From positions 1 through 64,000 of the forward strand of contig NIVC01000386.1 of assembly GCA_002269645.1 (NCBI GenBank): a stretch of 64,000 bases of DNA. Direction: 5' to 3'. The translations under genes were made by a program, and so were the position numbers. This DNA is from Macrostomum lignano. Taxonomy: Eukaryota. The notes under the pieces were generated by a model. It was not told the origin of the DNA, ran no database searches, and saw only the letters and a list, made by a program, of their open reading frames with translations. Positions 13,405-58,279 of this stretch are shown in pieces. Each line of letters opens with the position of its first letter. Position 1 is the stretch's first letter.

Positions 13405-14564
13405 GGTCATCTGACACTACCTGTAGAACTAGAGTGCAGAGCTGTGGGGAGGTCATCTGACACTACCTGTAGAACTAGAGTGCAGAGCTGTGGGCAGGTC
13501 ATCTGACACTACCTGTAGAACTAGAGTGCAGAGCTGTGGGGAGGTCATCTGACACTACCTGTAGAACTAGAGTGCAGAGCTGTGGGGAGGTCACCTGACA
13601 CTACCTGTAGAACTAGAGTGCAGAGCTGTGGGGAGGTCACCTGACACTACCTGTAGAACTAGAGTGCAGAGCTGTGGGGAGGTCATCTGACACTACCTGT
13701 AGAACTAGAGTGCAGAGCTGTGGGGAGGTCATCTGACACTACCTGTAGAACTAGAGTGCAGAGCTGTGGGGAGGTCATCTGACACTACCTGTAGAACTAG
13801 AGTGCAGAGCTGTGGGGAGGTCACCTGACACTACCTGTAGAACTAGAGTGCAGAGCTGTGGGGAGGTCACCTGACACTACCTGTAGAACTAGAGTGCAGA
13901 GCTGTGGGGAGGTCATCTGACACTACCTGTAGAACTAGAGTGCAGAGCTGTGGGGAGGTCATCTGACACTACCTGTAGAACTAGAGTGCAGAGCTGTGGG
14001 GAGGTCATCTGACACTACCTGTAGAACTAGAGTGCAGAGCTGTGGGGAGATCATCTGAAACTACCTGTAGAACTAGAGTGCAGAGCTGTGGGGAGGTCAC
14101 CTGACACTACCTGTAGAACTAGAGTGCAGAGCTGTGGGGAGGTCATCTGACACTACCTGTAGAACTAGAGTGCAGAGCTGTGGGGAGGTCATCTGACACT
14201 ACCTGTAGAACTAGAGTGCAGAGCTGTGGGGAGGTCATCTGACACTACCTGTAGAACTAGAGTGCAGAGCTGTGGGGAGGTCATCTGACACTACCTGTAG
14301 AACTAGAGTGCAGAGCTGTGGGGAGGTCATCTGACACTACCTGTAGAACTAGAGTGCAGAGCTGTGGGGAGGTCACCTGACACTACCTGTAGAACTAGAG
14401 TGCAGAGCTGTGGGGAGGTCACCTGACACTACCTGTAGAACTAGAGTGCAGAGCTGTGGGGAGGTCATCTGACACTACCTGTAGAACTAGAGTGCAGAGC
14501 TGTGGGGAGGTCATCTGACACTACCTGTAGAACTAGAGTGCAGAGCTGTGGGGAGGTCATCTGA
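13405..14564. repeat. 46-bp minisatellite, ~25 near-identical copies (GGTCATCTGACACTACCTGTAGAACTAGAGTGCAGAGCTGTGGGGA)
   Basis: Period 46 verified (13405 to 13451). Confidence 0.98.
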
Positions 14565-14635
14565 TCCTAAAAATAGAGGAAGAGCTTTAGAGAGATCATC
14601 ATCTGACCCAAAAACTAAAGTGTAGAGCTTTAGAG

Positions 14636-14797
14636 AGGTCATGTGACCCTAGGACTAGAATGTAGATCTAGGGTCATGTGACCCCATGTAGATTTTGTGA
14701 CCCCATGTGAATGTAGATTTTCGGAATATGATCTAGGGTCATGTGACCCCATGTGAATGTAGATTTTCGGAATATGATCTAGGGTCATGTGACCCCA
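14636..14797. repeat. Diverged 46-bp repeat containing the GGGTCATGTGACCC palindrome
   Basis: ATCTAGGGTCATGTGACCCC at 14731 and 14777. Confidence 0.8.
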
Positions 14798-15402
14798 CTG
14801 ACACAATCATTGGTAAATGTTACGTACTTTAAAATTTTTCAATTTTACCTATTTTGTGCACTTCTGCTTACATGGTAAAAGCATTCGAGTATTTGGATTG
14901 AGCAGCTCATTTCACCTGCTAATTATCGTAATCAAACAAATATTAAAAAACACAAGGAGGAGCCGCTCAGCCGCAACGGCTCGCCAACCAGCAGCGGCCA
15001 CGCCAGGCCGCGCGCCCTCGGCCTGTTCCGCAGGCGGGTCTCGGACCCGGTGCCCGCTGCCGCCTGTGGCTGCCGTCTGCATGATTTCTGGGCAGCGGTA
15101 AATCCCCCACTGTGCCTCCAACAAAGCTGGACTTCATTGATGCGACAGATTTTATTATCATTCCACTCCAAGTCAAGAGTACCGTTCTGGTTGTGGGATT
15201 TTAAAAACACAAAATCAATTTTTATTTTTCCACCGCGTCCATTTTTAACTCTCGACTCGGTTTTGGCGTTACAATTTTTATCCGATAACATTATTTTTTA
15301 AACCGCATGCGCAAATCAGGCTACTCACATGTGGCTGATCAGTAGAAATATACGAATATTAAGTTTATAATTGTTCTATGTTGCCAAATTTTGCATCCGC
15401 AG

Positions 15403-47328
<31,926 letters not shown>

Positions 47329-47449
47329 AGGCCCCAGCTGATATTTTAATTGTTGCCAGTAACTTATTGACAGTTTCTGTTGTTTATGCTTTCAGTGCCC
47401 TCACCTTGGGGGCTACTTGCCCAGTGCTGCTCTGTGGCTGCATTGGAGG

Positions 47450-47728
47450 ATTCTTCAGGTATTTCCTGTGCCCTTCCTGAGCCTTCAGGTATTTCCTGTG
47501 CCCTCCCTGAGCCTTCAGATATCTCCTGTGCCCTCCCTGAACCTTCAGGTACTCCTGTGCCCTCCCTAAGCCTTCAGATTTCTTCTGTGCCCTCCCTTGG
47601 GCTTCAGATATCTCCTGTCGCCTTCCTGAGCCTTCAGATATCTCCTGTGCCCTCCCTGAGCCTTCAGATATCTCCTGTGCCCTCCCTGAGCCTTCATGTA
47701 TCTCCTGTGCCCTCCCTGAACCTTCATA
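47450..47728. repeat. 30-bp minisatellite just 3' of the MAST stop (CTCCTGTGCCCTCCCTGAGCCTTCAGATAT)
   Basis: Direct observation. Confidence 0.9.
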
Positions 47729-50198
47729 TCCGCCAGCGTCCATCGGTGGGCAGCCGGCACTCCGATCTGCAGTTGAAGCCGGAGTGACACTGGGCGGCTG
47801 TACATGATTTATTATTTATTATTTTCGTCATTATTACTATTTATCATTTGCCACAATCGCTAAAACTGGCGTCATAGTTTCCACTTTGCTTCATCGCTAT
47901 GTGAAGCTGCAGTTCTGCATATTCGTACTGCACACAGAACCCTCTTTATTTTTGTCGGAAAGATCTATTTTTGCTTTTTTGCTTGCCTGTCTGCCTGTCT
48001 GGCGGCCTGTCTATTCAGCAAATCCCCCTTTCAGATGCAATGCAATTTCACTGTGAATTACTGTTGCAGTTATATAATTGAATTTATTGCTAATATTGGC
48101 TGCACCTGCCCATCAATATTATTATTATTATTATTATTATTGCTACTGTAGTAATTCCCGCACCGTTACAGATGTCACTCCTTGTACAGCCCCGCTTTCA
48201 AAGCCAGCTGCTCATGCCGCATCGCCCATCTCACTTCCCCTGCTCAGCATCTCATGCTGCTGCTGCCAGCTCTGCCCTCAGCTCTGCCGCCTGCTCGCGC
48301 CCTCCTCTACCTCACCCCACCTCACTCCATCTCCATCTCAATCTTCCTCTCCCTCTTTATCTAAATCTCCATTTCAATCTCCATCTTAATCTCAGTCTCC
48401 ATCTCCCTCTAATTCTCAATATCCTCCAAATCAATCTCAATCTCCCTCTCCAACTCAATCTCCATCTCAATCTCCTCTCTCAACACCGCCTGTGCAGAGC
48501 GGCAGCGCAGTTGGCAGAGGCCGGGCGAGCTGCTGCGCTGTTTATTATTATTAATTGCATTCTGTGTACCTGGAACTCAATTCTAAATTGCAGTTTTATC
48601 CGCTACTGATCTGCATTGCGCACCCCGGCCAGTTGGATTTCTGTATTCAGTATCCCCTCTGGCCCTCTCGTGCGATGTTGTGAGCCCTGCACAGCTTGCT
48701 TGACTCCGGCTTCAATTCCCAACTGTATGGATCCGAGTGTTTAACTGCCTCCCCGCCCCCGCACCCGCCGGCTCCACACAGCTTATCTACAGCTTATCTA
48801 CTGGATAGAAAATAAACCACACAGCTCCCTCAGTTTAGAATGCTTTTTTATTCGACTGTTTAATTTATCTGGTTTTATGCGCTTGAAACCGCTTTCTGAC
48901 GCTTTTGCCGCTTTTCCGCCTTGGGTTTACTTTTATTCCTACTTTAAGTAGGCAAAAACGAAAAAACATGCGAAAGTTTTAAGAAAGAAATTAAAAGCAT
49001 TAATTCCTAACTCATTTGGTTATCTGGGAAGGAGGGAAGCTGGTGCTGGAACGGTGATGGACTATATATGTTGTCACTGATCTCTTCGATGCTTACCGAA
49101 GGGAGATGCCTAACATCAGGAAGGATCGCCACATGTGTAGGCAGCGCCTACTATCGTGTGTGTGTTGGGGGGTTGTTAGCGGCTGCGCCGCGTGACTCTG
49201 CTAGCTCAACCCTTATGCGTACAATATCAAATGTGCATGGTGCGACTTTAGCCACCATTCTGACTCAGCTCAATAATTCAATAAATATACTGATCGCAAT
49301 TATTCTCGCCTGCAAGCTTTCGGCAACTATCGACTACAACAAGCAGTCTAGCCTCGTTTCACTCACTACAACATGGACCAGCAATCTTGAAATCGGAGTT
49401 CAGATTTGCCATCAGCGGGATGAAATCCCTCAAAGCCCCCGGGATTTACGGAATTGCAATGGAACGAATTAATGAACTACAACCGAAAGGTCTGATACAT
49501 GTACATGCAAGTGCTCATAGAGGGTTTTAAGTAGTGACGTGAGCAAAACACAGATTGCGTCTGTAGTTCAAATCGGCGGTGACCTCTCCTGATTTATTCA
49601 ACCCTTACATATACATGTACAGTGAAAACATTCTGCGAGAATCTGAAGACCTGCCGGGACTCGTCAGGTCGACGTCACAACTTTGAACGACCTGAGATTA
49701 CATGCATGTAATGCTGACGACATGCAGAAATGGAAACGGAATTTAATAAGTTGCAAGAAATTCTTAAACTGAGTGGTATTGGAAAGTGAAAGATGGGTTT
49801 AAGAATAATATACATTAATTTTTGCAAGCCTGAAATTCCTGATAATGGAAAGTCAAGAATTATTTACTGTTAACATGTATATCTACGTATTTTTCTCCCT
49901 ATTCTGATCACACACTGGTCGGAGTGCTGGACATGTTCATTTAATATCACCAGCTATGCAGAGAAGAATCAATCGCAAACGAGGTTCATGGTTTTTGAGG
50001 CGCATCTTGATTGAAGATTGAAGGAAGAAGAGATCGTGGAAGACGGCAGAGAGAGTAACATTTCTGAAGAACCTTCTAATAACTGGGATATACATCCTCA
50101 TATACAGATTTATACGTATGCATTACATTGAAGTTTGTACAAATAATTGGTTGCATTTAGATTTCATTCAAATGACTTTAATTTTTAGGATATAGGAT

Positions 50199-50225
50199 TG
50201 GTGGTTCTGAAAAGGGCCGTTTTAA
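50199..50225 (-). promoter_or_regulatory. Orphan histone-type stem-loop, degenerate (two stem mismatches)
   Basis: Minus strand TAAAAC-GGCCCT-TTTC-AGAACC-ACCA. Confidence 0.65.
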
Positions 50226-50528
50226 CGTTTGTAATGAATGCAAGAAAAGAAATAGGAAGTGACCAAAGGAAGCAAATGCAAAAATGGTCATTGTTTCTTA
50301 CACTGCAGTGTAAAGTGACTGTCCGCTAGTCGCAAGAATCAGAAAGGGGTAAGTTTTTTTTAGTTGGTTGGTATAGTATACTACTACAGTACGTTACTAA
50401 TATTTAATTCTTAAGACCTTTAAATGTATCAGAAAAGAGAATTTATTAAGTCGCGAAGGCAACAACGTACAAATGAAAGCTAGAATGATTGTCTAGCAGA
50501 ATTTTTCAACACGCAGTGGCATCTATTT

Positions 50529-50554
50529 AGCTGCCCTTAAAAGGGCCGTTTTAA
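50529..50554 (-). promoter_or_regulatory. Orphan histone-type stem-loop, one stem mismatch
   Basis: Minus strand TAAAAC-GGCCCT-TTTA-AGGGCA. Confidence 0.7.
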
Positions 50555-51029
50555 CTTTATACTACACTATAGAGTCGGTAGAAATTTCTACACAAGAAAT
50601 TCTTTTGCAACTAGTGGATTGAATTAACAACTGTATTCGAATGCAAGATGTGCGCATTATTGAAATCAAAACTATCACGGTTTAAATTGTCAGAAGTTAG
50701 TGTGTATTTATTTTAATCGTTACATATATCATACAGTAATCATTCATGTACAGTGATCAACGCTTGATTTGAAAATTTAAAGTTAAATCAATTTTTTTGC
50801 TGATCTTATTTTTTTAAATTTTGACGATGCTTTAACGAGGATAGAAACGGACCGACCGGCCAGTGCATACAACTGCAATAACTACTACCTGCCTGCATAC
50901 CTTTCTGCTGATAGTGATAAGACCCTAATATTCACCATGCACATCCTTAAGACTTAGTTAAAGGTTTAATCGAAGTCTGTATTCTGTACACACAATTACA
51001 CAAATAGACGACTTGGACATCAATAAATT

Positions 51030-51054
51030 TGGTGGCCCTGAAAAGGGCCGTTTT
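51030..51054 (-). promoter_or_regulatory. Histone mRNA 3' stem-loop (SLBP site) of H4
   Basis: Minus strand TAAAAC-GGCCCT-TTTC-AGGGCC-ACCA, about 70 nt after the H4 stop. Confidence 0.95.
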
Positions 51055-51118
51055 AGCGTTCAGTAAATGCGCAGCTGAGCTACGATAGCAGCACTAGGGC
51101 TAATCAGGCGAAGTCTGC

Positions 51119-51445
<327 letters not shown>

Positions 51446-53069
51446 TTACTTTGAACTAAGAGATTGCTATAGACAGTAGTATGAATGGTCTCAGATTGGG
51501 GCAAAGCTTTCGGCTTTAAGTAAAAATGTACACCCTCTGAGGGGTGGGGTGTCTCCTCGTTGGTCAGAAATTATCGATCGTGAAGTTTTTCTGGGTTGGC
51601 GCTGGAAGGGGCAGGAATATATAACCCAAATCCATTTCAAGCCATTCTGGCCAATGCGGGAAAGAATTTTAGTGAGTTTTTACGTTATATGTGCATTAAA
51701 GTAGCACCCTAAAAGTATAGCAATCTTTAAGGCTTCTGTACGAAATTTGCACTGACAGACAATAAAACAAGTGCGCTCTTTGCACTGTCAAATGGGGTTG
51801 GTGAAGTTATACTTAAACCTTCAGTTTTTTGCTCGCGTATTGCTCATGCATGTACTATTGGAAAAAGTGGGCATATCTAGCAGCTGATCGCAATTTACTA
51901 GTGTTTGTTCTTTTTTTGAAACAAATTGCGTTATTGGGTTCTTAGCTAGGCTGCACTCAGTGAATTATTGAAAAGTTTCAAAAAGTTTGAATTATTGATT
52001 AATTAAATGCACTACAAAGTAAAACAAGCACAGCATGTATGCAGGTATTAAATTAAAAAGATTCCAATTGAATGCAGCGGTCTCAAAAGGTAATTAATAC
52101 AATCTTTCAAGGACTACTAGAAGTTGTGGGCGGCGGCGGTGAGGAGCCTTTTTGAAAAGGGGCGCCATCATCGCCAGCCACAAAGGTGGAGGGCGACAAG
52201 GGCGGTAGCAGCAACTGTCGCAGCAGCAATGAAAACGTGTTTGAAATAACGCAGTTATATGCAGTTAAAAAGAATAAACAGTCAACAGTCAACAGTCAAG
52301 TTTGCTTTCTGTGAATTATTTAAATGGCAAAAATTAAGTTACGATTTGTATTTCTTAATATTTCTTTCTCCCGGGGTCTCCTCTCCACTCGCCGGTCAGT
52401 TCCCCAGGGGGAGCATTCCCTAGCTGACAAAGCTATCTATAATTTTGAGGTGGTAGTGAATTAAATTACTACCAACCAAGGAAATAGTTTTGTGCATGCA
52501 TGTTTATTTACTTTTATTAAAACTAAGTTAATAACTAAAGTGAACCAATGTATATACTGTAGTAGTAGCAAATAGTTTCATAACTATAGGATGCTATCTG
52601 ATGATGAACAAGCTCAGCTATAGTCTTGCAGGCAGTTGTCTCAGCAGGCAGTTGTTGTGCAGGCAGTTGTTGCGCACTAACCAATGAAACCATTAAACCA
52701 ATTAAAACCAATTAATTAACCAATGAAATATGTAACACGAAAATGAACCATTTTACATTTTTACATGTACATGAACATGAACAGCAAGACTTTTGATCGC
52801 CACCCGACTGCGTCAGTTTAATTAATGATCTTGATCAGACGTCGAAGTGGGCCGCCGGTTTCAGTTGCTGCAAAAGTGAACGTCTGATTATGAAAGTGAT
52901 AATTATAATTGGAACAGTAAAATTTTCTCTGAAATCACAAATCAAATTTGTATAGGCGCCCATTAAGCGATATGCGACAATTTTAGTTGATTTGAAAAAA
53001 ATATTACAAGCAAGCAACGGGGTGGAAAAACCTTGGGGGTTGCATGCTATTTACAGGAACGAGCACTTT

Positions 53070-53096
53070 ATGTGGCCCTCAAAAGGGCCGTTTTAG
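53070..53096 (-). promoter_or_regulatory. Orphan histone-type stem-loop, intact
   Basis: Minus strand TAAAAC-GGCCCT-TTTG-AGGGCC-ACA; no histone ORF 5' of it. Confidence 0.8.
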
Positions 53097-53599
53097 TAAA
53101 ATATATCATTTCAGTAGACTTTTTCTGATAAACTGCCACTTCTAATGCACCCTTTCGGTCAGATTCGTGACACAGATTTTAATTCTCTATTTATTAGCAT
53201 TTGCTGATTTTTTTTATATTTTAATAAAAATTGTACTTATCCAATTCTGAAAATAAAGAGTAGGGGCAAAGGCAACTAGCCAACTGTTCCTAAGTAATAC
53301 AAAAAACGTATTGCAGACAAAATATATACAGAACGTCTCAGTCTTGCTTTTTTAAATTATGAAAATTATTGGTTCTTTTGTTTTGTTGAACTTTGTTATT
53401 TTAGACGCAAATCTAAAAATTCAGTTTGCTTCTGAAAGACGATTTAATATTCGTTTTATTTCTAATTCACATTCACCATTTTCCATTCCTTGAGCACTTA
53501 TCCATGCAATAACATGAAATGAAAATTAATTGATTAATCAGTTTTTATTGCTTTAATTAGCCTAGTAAGCTCGGCTGACAAGAATTCGTATATTTTAAT

Positions 53600-56500
53600 A
53601 TGAAGAATCATTTTATTATTGCTACTTTTATTTCAATTTCATTGTCTATCTCGATTGGACAATGTGTGAGTATCTTAATTCTAAGGTTTTTACTCGGAAA
53701 TTAGAATACCAGATTTTAGACTAGTATTATTTCTTTCTAACCCTTGTTTCATAATCTAATAATATCTTATAATCTTAAAACCCTGTGCGTTTTCAAACAG
53801 TTAATCAGCTGATGAAGCTGAAAGTAAAGTAGATGATGAATTTGTATAGCCATAGGCCTCTATTGTGTTAAAAAGATATCTGACCCTAGACTAAGCAAAA
53901 AATGAATTAGGATTTATGTAACTGGTCGTATATTCCAATCCTTATATCCAACTTTATATAAAATTGTAGACATTTTCACCATCAAACACCTGGGCTGTTC
54001 TGGTGGACACATCTAGGTTCTGGTTCAACTATCGGCATGTTGGAAATGTGCTTTCAATCTATCATAGCATCAAAAGACTTGGCATGCCTGATAGGTAAGT
54101 TTTAATTAATTATATTTTGTTTTATTGCCTATATGAAAACTACCAATGTATTAGTTTCCTTCATTAAATTATTTTAACTTTGGATTTTTAACATATATGA
54201 TCTAAAACAAGTTTTTTAAAGCATACTTAAGGTCTGCTAATTCACTGCTGCCAGTTATTTAGAAGTAGCCTAGCTAGCTAGCATATATTTCTTAGGATAT
54301 ACATTTTGACTAGGCCTAATATAGTTGGCAAGTATATAGTCATTATAGTGCACTTCCTAATCCTAACTATAGATATATTTCTTTCACTGTCTGTATTTTG
54401 TTGATCCAAACAATCCAATTCAAGAGTACAAGTGAAGACTTGAAATTCTATAGCTAAAATTATACAAATTTTTTAACTCCTTTCTTAGCAAGTTTCTTTG
54501 TTGTCAACCTAATCCACAAAAGTGCTTTGGCAACTTCCTATATTGGATAACCTATTATTATGCTAGGTCACCCAGTATAGGATCCTTGTTCCCAGATCCC
54601 AGATTTCTAGCTTTATCATCAAGATCCCAGATAGTAATAGATCCAAATATTCGGATTCAGAAATATTATTTTCCAAATTTCTAAATGTGCTTCTAAATAT
54701 GAAAAAATTGAAAAACCAAAACAAAACTATGCTAACATAAAAGAAATACAACTTTTGAAAAGAAAGTCAATTAGAAAAATAAGAATGCAAAATTTAATGT
54801 AATATTGTTTGTTTTTATAATCATCTGTTTTTGTAGTAACATATATTATTAAAAGTGTTAATAAGTAAAGTTATTTAACTTTGGGACCTTTGAGGCATTC
54901 AACCTAAAGTCGCAGAAACATTTAATTGCAGTAATCATTGTTTAAGTTTAATCATCATTTTCTTCAAAATGCAAATGCAACAGACTTTACGGTTCACTAT
55001 ACATGGTAAAGTTATCAAATTGCACAAATGTAATGTCAGTTAGTATTAATAATTTGAATTAGTTAGATTAGATATAAAAGAATTGAGTTCAATTCTAAGT
55101 TTAATTCAATTCAGATACTAGATAGATATAGTATAAGCTTGAGATTAGATTGAATCTTGTTAGTAAATTAATGTACAGAATTAATACGTCGTACAATTAC
55201 TAATGCAGATGACAATTACATCAGTAGATGACAAGGCATTTTTGTCATAGAAAGGTGTCAATGTTTACCTTTTACTTTTATCTACTTTCGGAAACACATT
55301 TGGATATTTGGATTCGGATTAGGAATTTTTTGTACATTCGGATTCAGTTTTGGAACCTTGCAAAAATCTACATTCGGTCTATCACTAATCCCAGATCTCT
55401 AGTTTTATCTCCCAGATCCCAGATCCTTAGCTTCATCACCTAGATCTCAGATCTCTAGCTTCATCACCCAGATCCCAGATCTCTAGCTTTATCATCTAGA
55501 TCCTAGATCTCTAGCTTTATCACACAGATCTGAGATTCCTAGCTTTATTACCTAGCTTCCAGATCCCTAGCTTCATCACCCAGATCTCAGATTCCTAACT
55601 TCATCACCCAGATCTCAGATCCCTAACTTCATCACCCAGATCCCAGTTCCCTTACTTCATCACCCAGATCCCAGTTCCCTAGCTTCACAAAATCCAGAGC
55701 TTCACGCCCCCAGATCCCTAGCAGCACCCGCCCCATCCCGCAGCCACATCATCCTGATGATCGCTGACGAGATGGCCTGCAACGCTCGCAACCCTCGCCC
55801 GGCCACCATCTTCGACAACGCGGCGGAGAAGACCAACCTGTACGGCGACACCGTGGAAGTCGACTACGGCGGCTACGAGGTCACAGTTGAGAACTTCATC
55901 CGGCTGCTCACAGGCCGCCACGTGCCCGGCACGGTTCCGAGCAAGCGGCTGCTCACCGATGACCAGTCCAACATCCTCATCTACATCACCGGCCATGGCG
56001 GCGACGGCTTCGTCAAGTTCCAGGATAACGAGGAGGTTTCCTCCCAGGTGAGCCGCTTATGGACCCGCCTGTGTTACCAGCTTCCCCTCCTGTGTTACCA
56101 GCTCCCCGGCCCGCAGAATCCCCATAGCAACCAACCAGTCCACTCCAACCGCCGCAGGAGCTCGCCGACGCATTCGAGCAGATGTGGCAGAAGCGGCGCT
56201 ACCGGGAGATCCTGTTCATTGTGGACAGCTGCCAGGCCTACTCCATGGCGCTGCCCGTGTACTCGCCCAACATCCTGGCGCTCGGCAGCAGCCGGGTAGG
56301 CGAGGACTCGCTGTCTCACCACGTGGATCCCAAACTGGGAGTCTACGTGGCCGACCGGTACTCCTACTACCTGCTGCAGTTCCTGGAGAAGGTGGGGCCC
56401 ACCAGCCGGCACACCCTCGCCGATTTTCTCGGGGTGTGCCCCTACCACGAGTGCCTGTCCCACGTGACCGCCAAGCTGGACCTGTACAACCGGGACCCCG

Positions 56501-56676
56501 CCCAGGTGTCCGTGCTGGAGTTCTTCGGGTCCCGGCGTAGCGTGGAAATTCTGGACGATGCCGCCAACTTCACCGCCGCTCCCGACGTCTCAGCGGCTGC
56601 CGATGCTGCCTACGCCTCCGCCTCGACTGCCAGCCACCCCGTGTACCTGGCGTACAAGCCGCTGTTTCCCTTCTGA
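53600..56676 (+). CDS. PIGK: GPI-anchor transamidase catalytic subunit (PIG-K/GPI8, peptidase C13); exons 53600-53665, 53970-54094, 55744-56047, 56158-56676
   Basis: Signal peptide MKNHFIIATFISISLSISIGQC|GTGAGT; NTWAVLVDTSRFWFNYRH..KRLGMPD-S|HIILMIADEMACN; catalytic His in TGHGG and Cys in DSCQA; phases compatible. A possible extra micro-exon near 53809-53843 is unresolved. Confidence 0.93.
55388..55715. repeat. Degenerate ~28-bp CCCAGATC-rich repeat in the PIGK intron
   Basis: Direct observation; ends at the 55744 acceptor region. Confidence 0.88.
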
Positions 56677-57575
56677 TGCTGACTCACCTGAGTTCCTTTC
56701 CTGACTCACCTGAGTTCCTTTCCTGACTCACCTGAGTTCCTTTCCTGACTCACCTGAGTTCCTTTCCTGACTCACCTGTGTTCCTTTCCTGACTCACCTG
56801 AGTTCCTTTCCTGACTCACCTGAGTTCCTTTCCTGACTCATCTGTGTTCCTTTCCTGACTCACCTGAGTTCCTTTCCTGACTCACCTGTGTTCCTTTCCT
56901 GACTCACCTGAGTTCCTTTCCTGACTCACCTGAGTTCCTTTCCTGACTCATCTGTGTTCCTTTCCTGACTCACCTGAGTTCCTTTCCTTACTCACCTGAG
57001 TTCCTTTCCTGACTCACCTGAGTTCCTTTCCTGACTCACCTGAGTTCCTTTCCTGACTCACCTGAGTTCCTTTCCTGACTCACCTGAGTTCCTTTCCTGA
57101 CTCACCTGAGTTCCTTTCCTGACTCACCTGAGGTTCTTTCCTGACTCACCTGAGGTACTTCCCTGACTCACCTGAGGTACTTCCCTGACTCACCTGGGTT
57201 CCTTTCCTGACTCACCTGAGTTCCTTTCCTGACTCACCTGAGGTTCTTTCCTGACTCACCTGAGTTCCTTTCCTGACTCACCTGAGTTCCTTTCCTGACT
57301 CACCTGAGGTACTTCCCTGACTCACCTGTGTTCCTTTCCTGACTCACCTGAGTTCCTTTCCTGACTCACCTGAGTTCCTTTCCTGACTCACCTGAGTTCC
57401 TTTCCTGACTCACCTGTGTTCCTTTCCTGACTCACCTGAGTTCCTTTCCTGACTCACCTGAGTTCCTTTCCTGACTCACCTGAGGTTCTTTCCTGACTCA
57501 CCTGAGTTCCTTTCCTGACTCACCTGAGTTCCTTTCCTGACTCACCTGAGTTCCTTTCCTGACTCACCTGTGTTC
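56677..57575. repeat. 22-bp minisatellite, ~40 copies (CTGACTCACCTGAGTTCCTTTC), immediately after the PIGK stop
   Basis: Period 22 verified. Confidence 0.98.
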
Positions 57576-58279
57576 AGATCCGTCCCACTCCCAACTTTGT
57601 GGTCCGGCGCCGATCTGTCAGCTAAGAAAAGTTTTTGATTCAATTTCAACGCAGTGTTTGTCGCCTCTGCTTGACCAGAGCAGCATTGAGTTTGCCACAT
57701 CTGCTAGTCTTTGTGGCCGGTTGTATAGTAGTTTGTTTTATAGTTTATCTGTTTATTTATTTATTCTTTCTCACAAAGCGTAGCAATTTGCTTATCACAC
57801 TACTGTTACTTACTAATAAGTAGTAAATAAATACCTTTTGCTTGTTTTTTATTTAGCAAGTACTTTAAATTTCCTGCCGTTTCTAATTCGAATGCGGGCA
57901 TCTTTTGCTCCATGTTCTGCTGTGAGCCCACCAGCCCAGTCTGTGGCGGTTGTAAATTAGATCGGAGAAATTTTTGGCCATTAAATTCTGACTAAGCTGT
58001 CGAGTTTGCATATTCTGTTAAACTGCCTTAGAGAGCTGGGCTTGTTGAGTTGTAAAATATGCAGTTGATTTTTTTAGCTGTTTCTTTAATATACGAGTGC
58101 CATGGTGCCAAGCCTGCTGCTGTTTATGCTAAGTAGGCCGCATATGAATTAGCATACATGTAATTCTGAATAATTTGCATCTCCACTCATTGGGAAATTG
58201 GACCAATGCAGTTCTGGCGAGCGGTATCGCATTTCTCGGAATCCAAATCCCGATCTCATTGAACTCAACCCTACTTGAG

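Noticed and set aside
13405-14564. CRISPR-like appearance of this and the other regular arrays
   Set aside because: Units are head-to-tail with no unique spacers, there are no cas genes, and the context is eukaryotic.
49068-49472. 134-aa ORF in the AT-rich island
   Set aside because: No recognisable motif, splice context or codon bias.
52140-52166. GAGCCTTTTTGAAAAGGGGC hairpin as a fifth histone loop
   Set aside because: Lacks the TAAAAC flank and the 6-bp stem/4-nt loop geometry.
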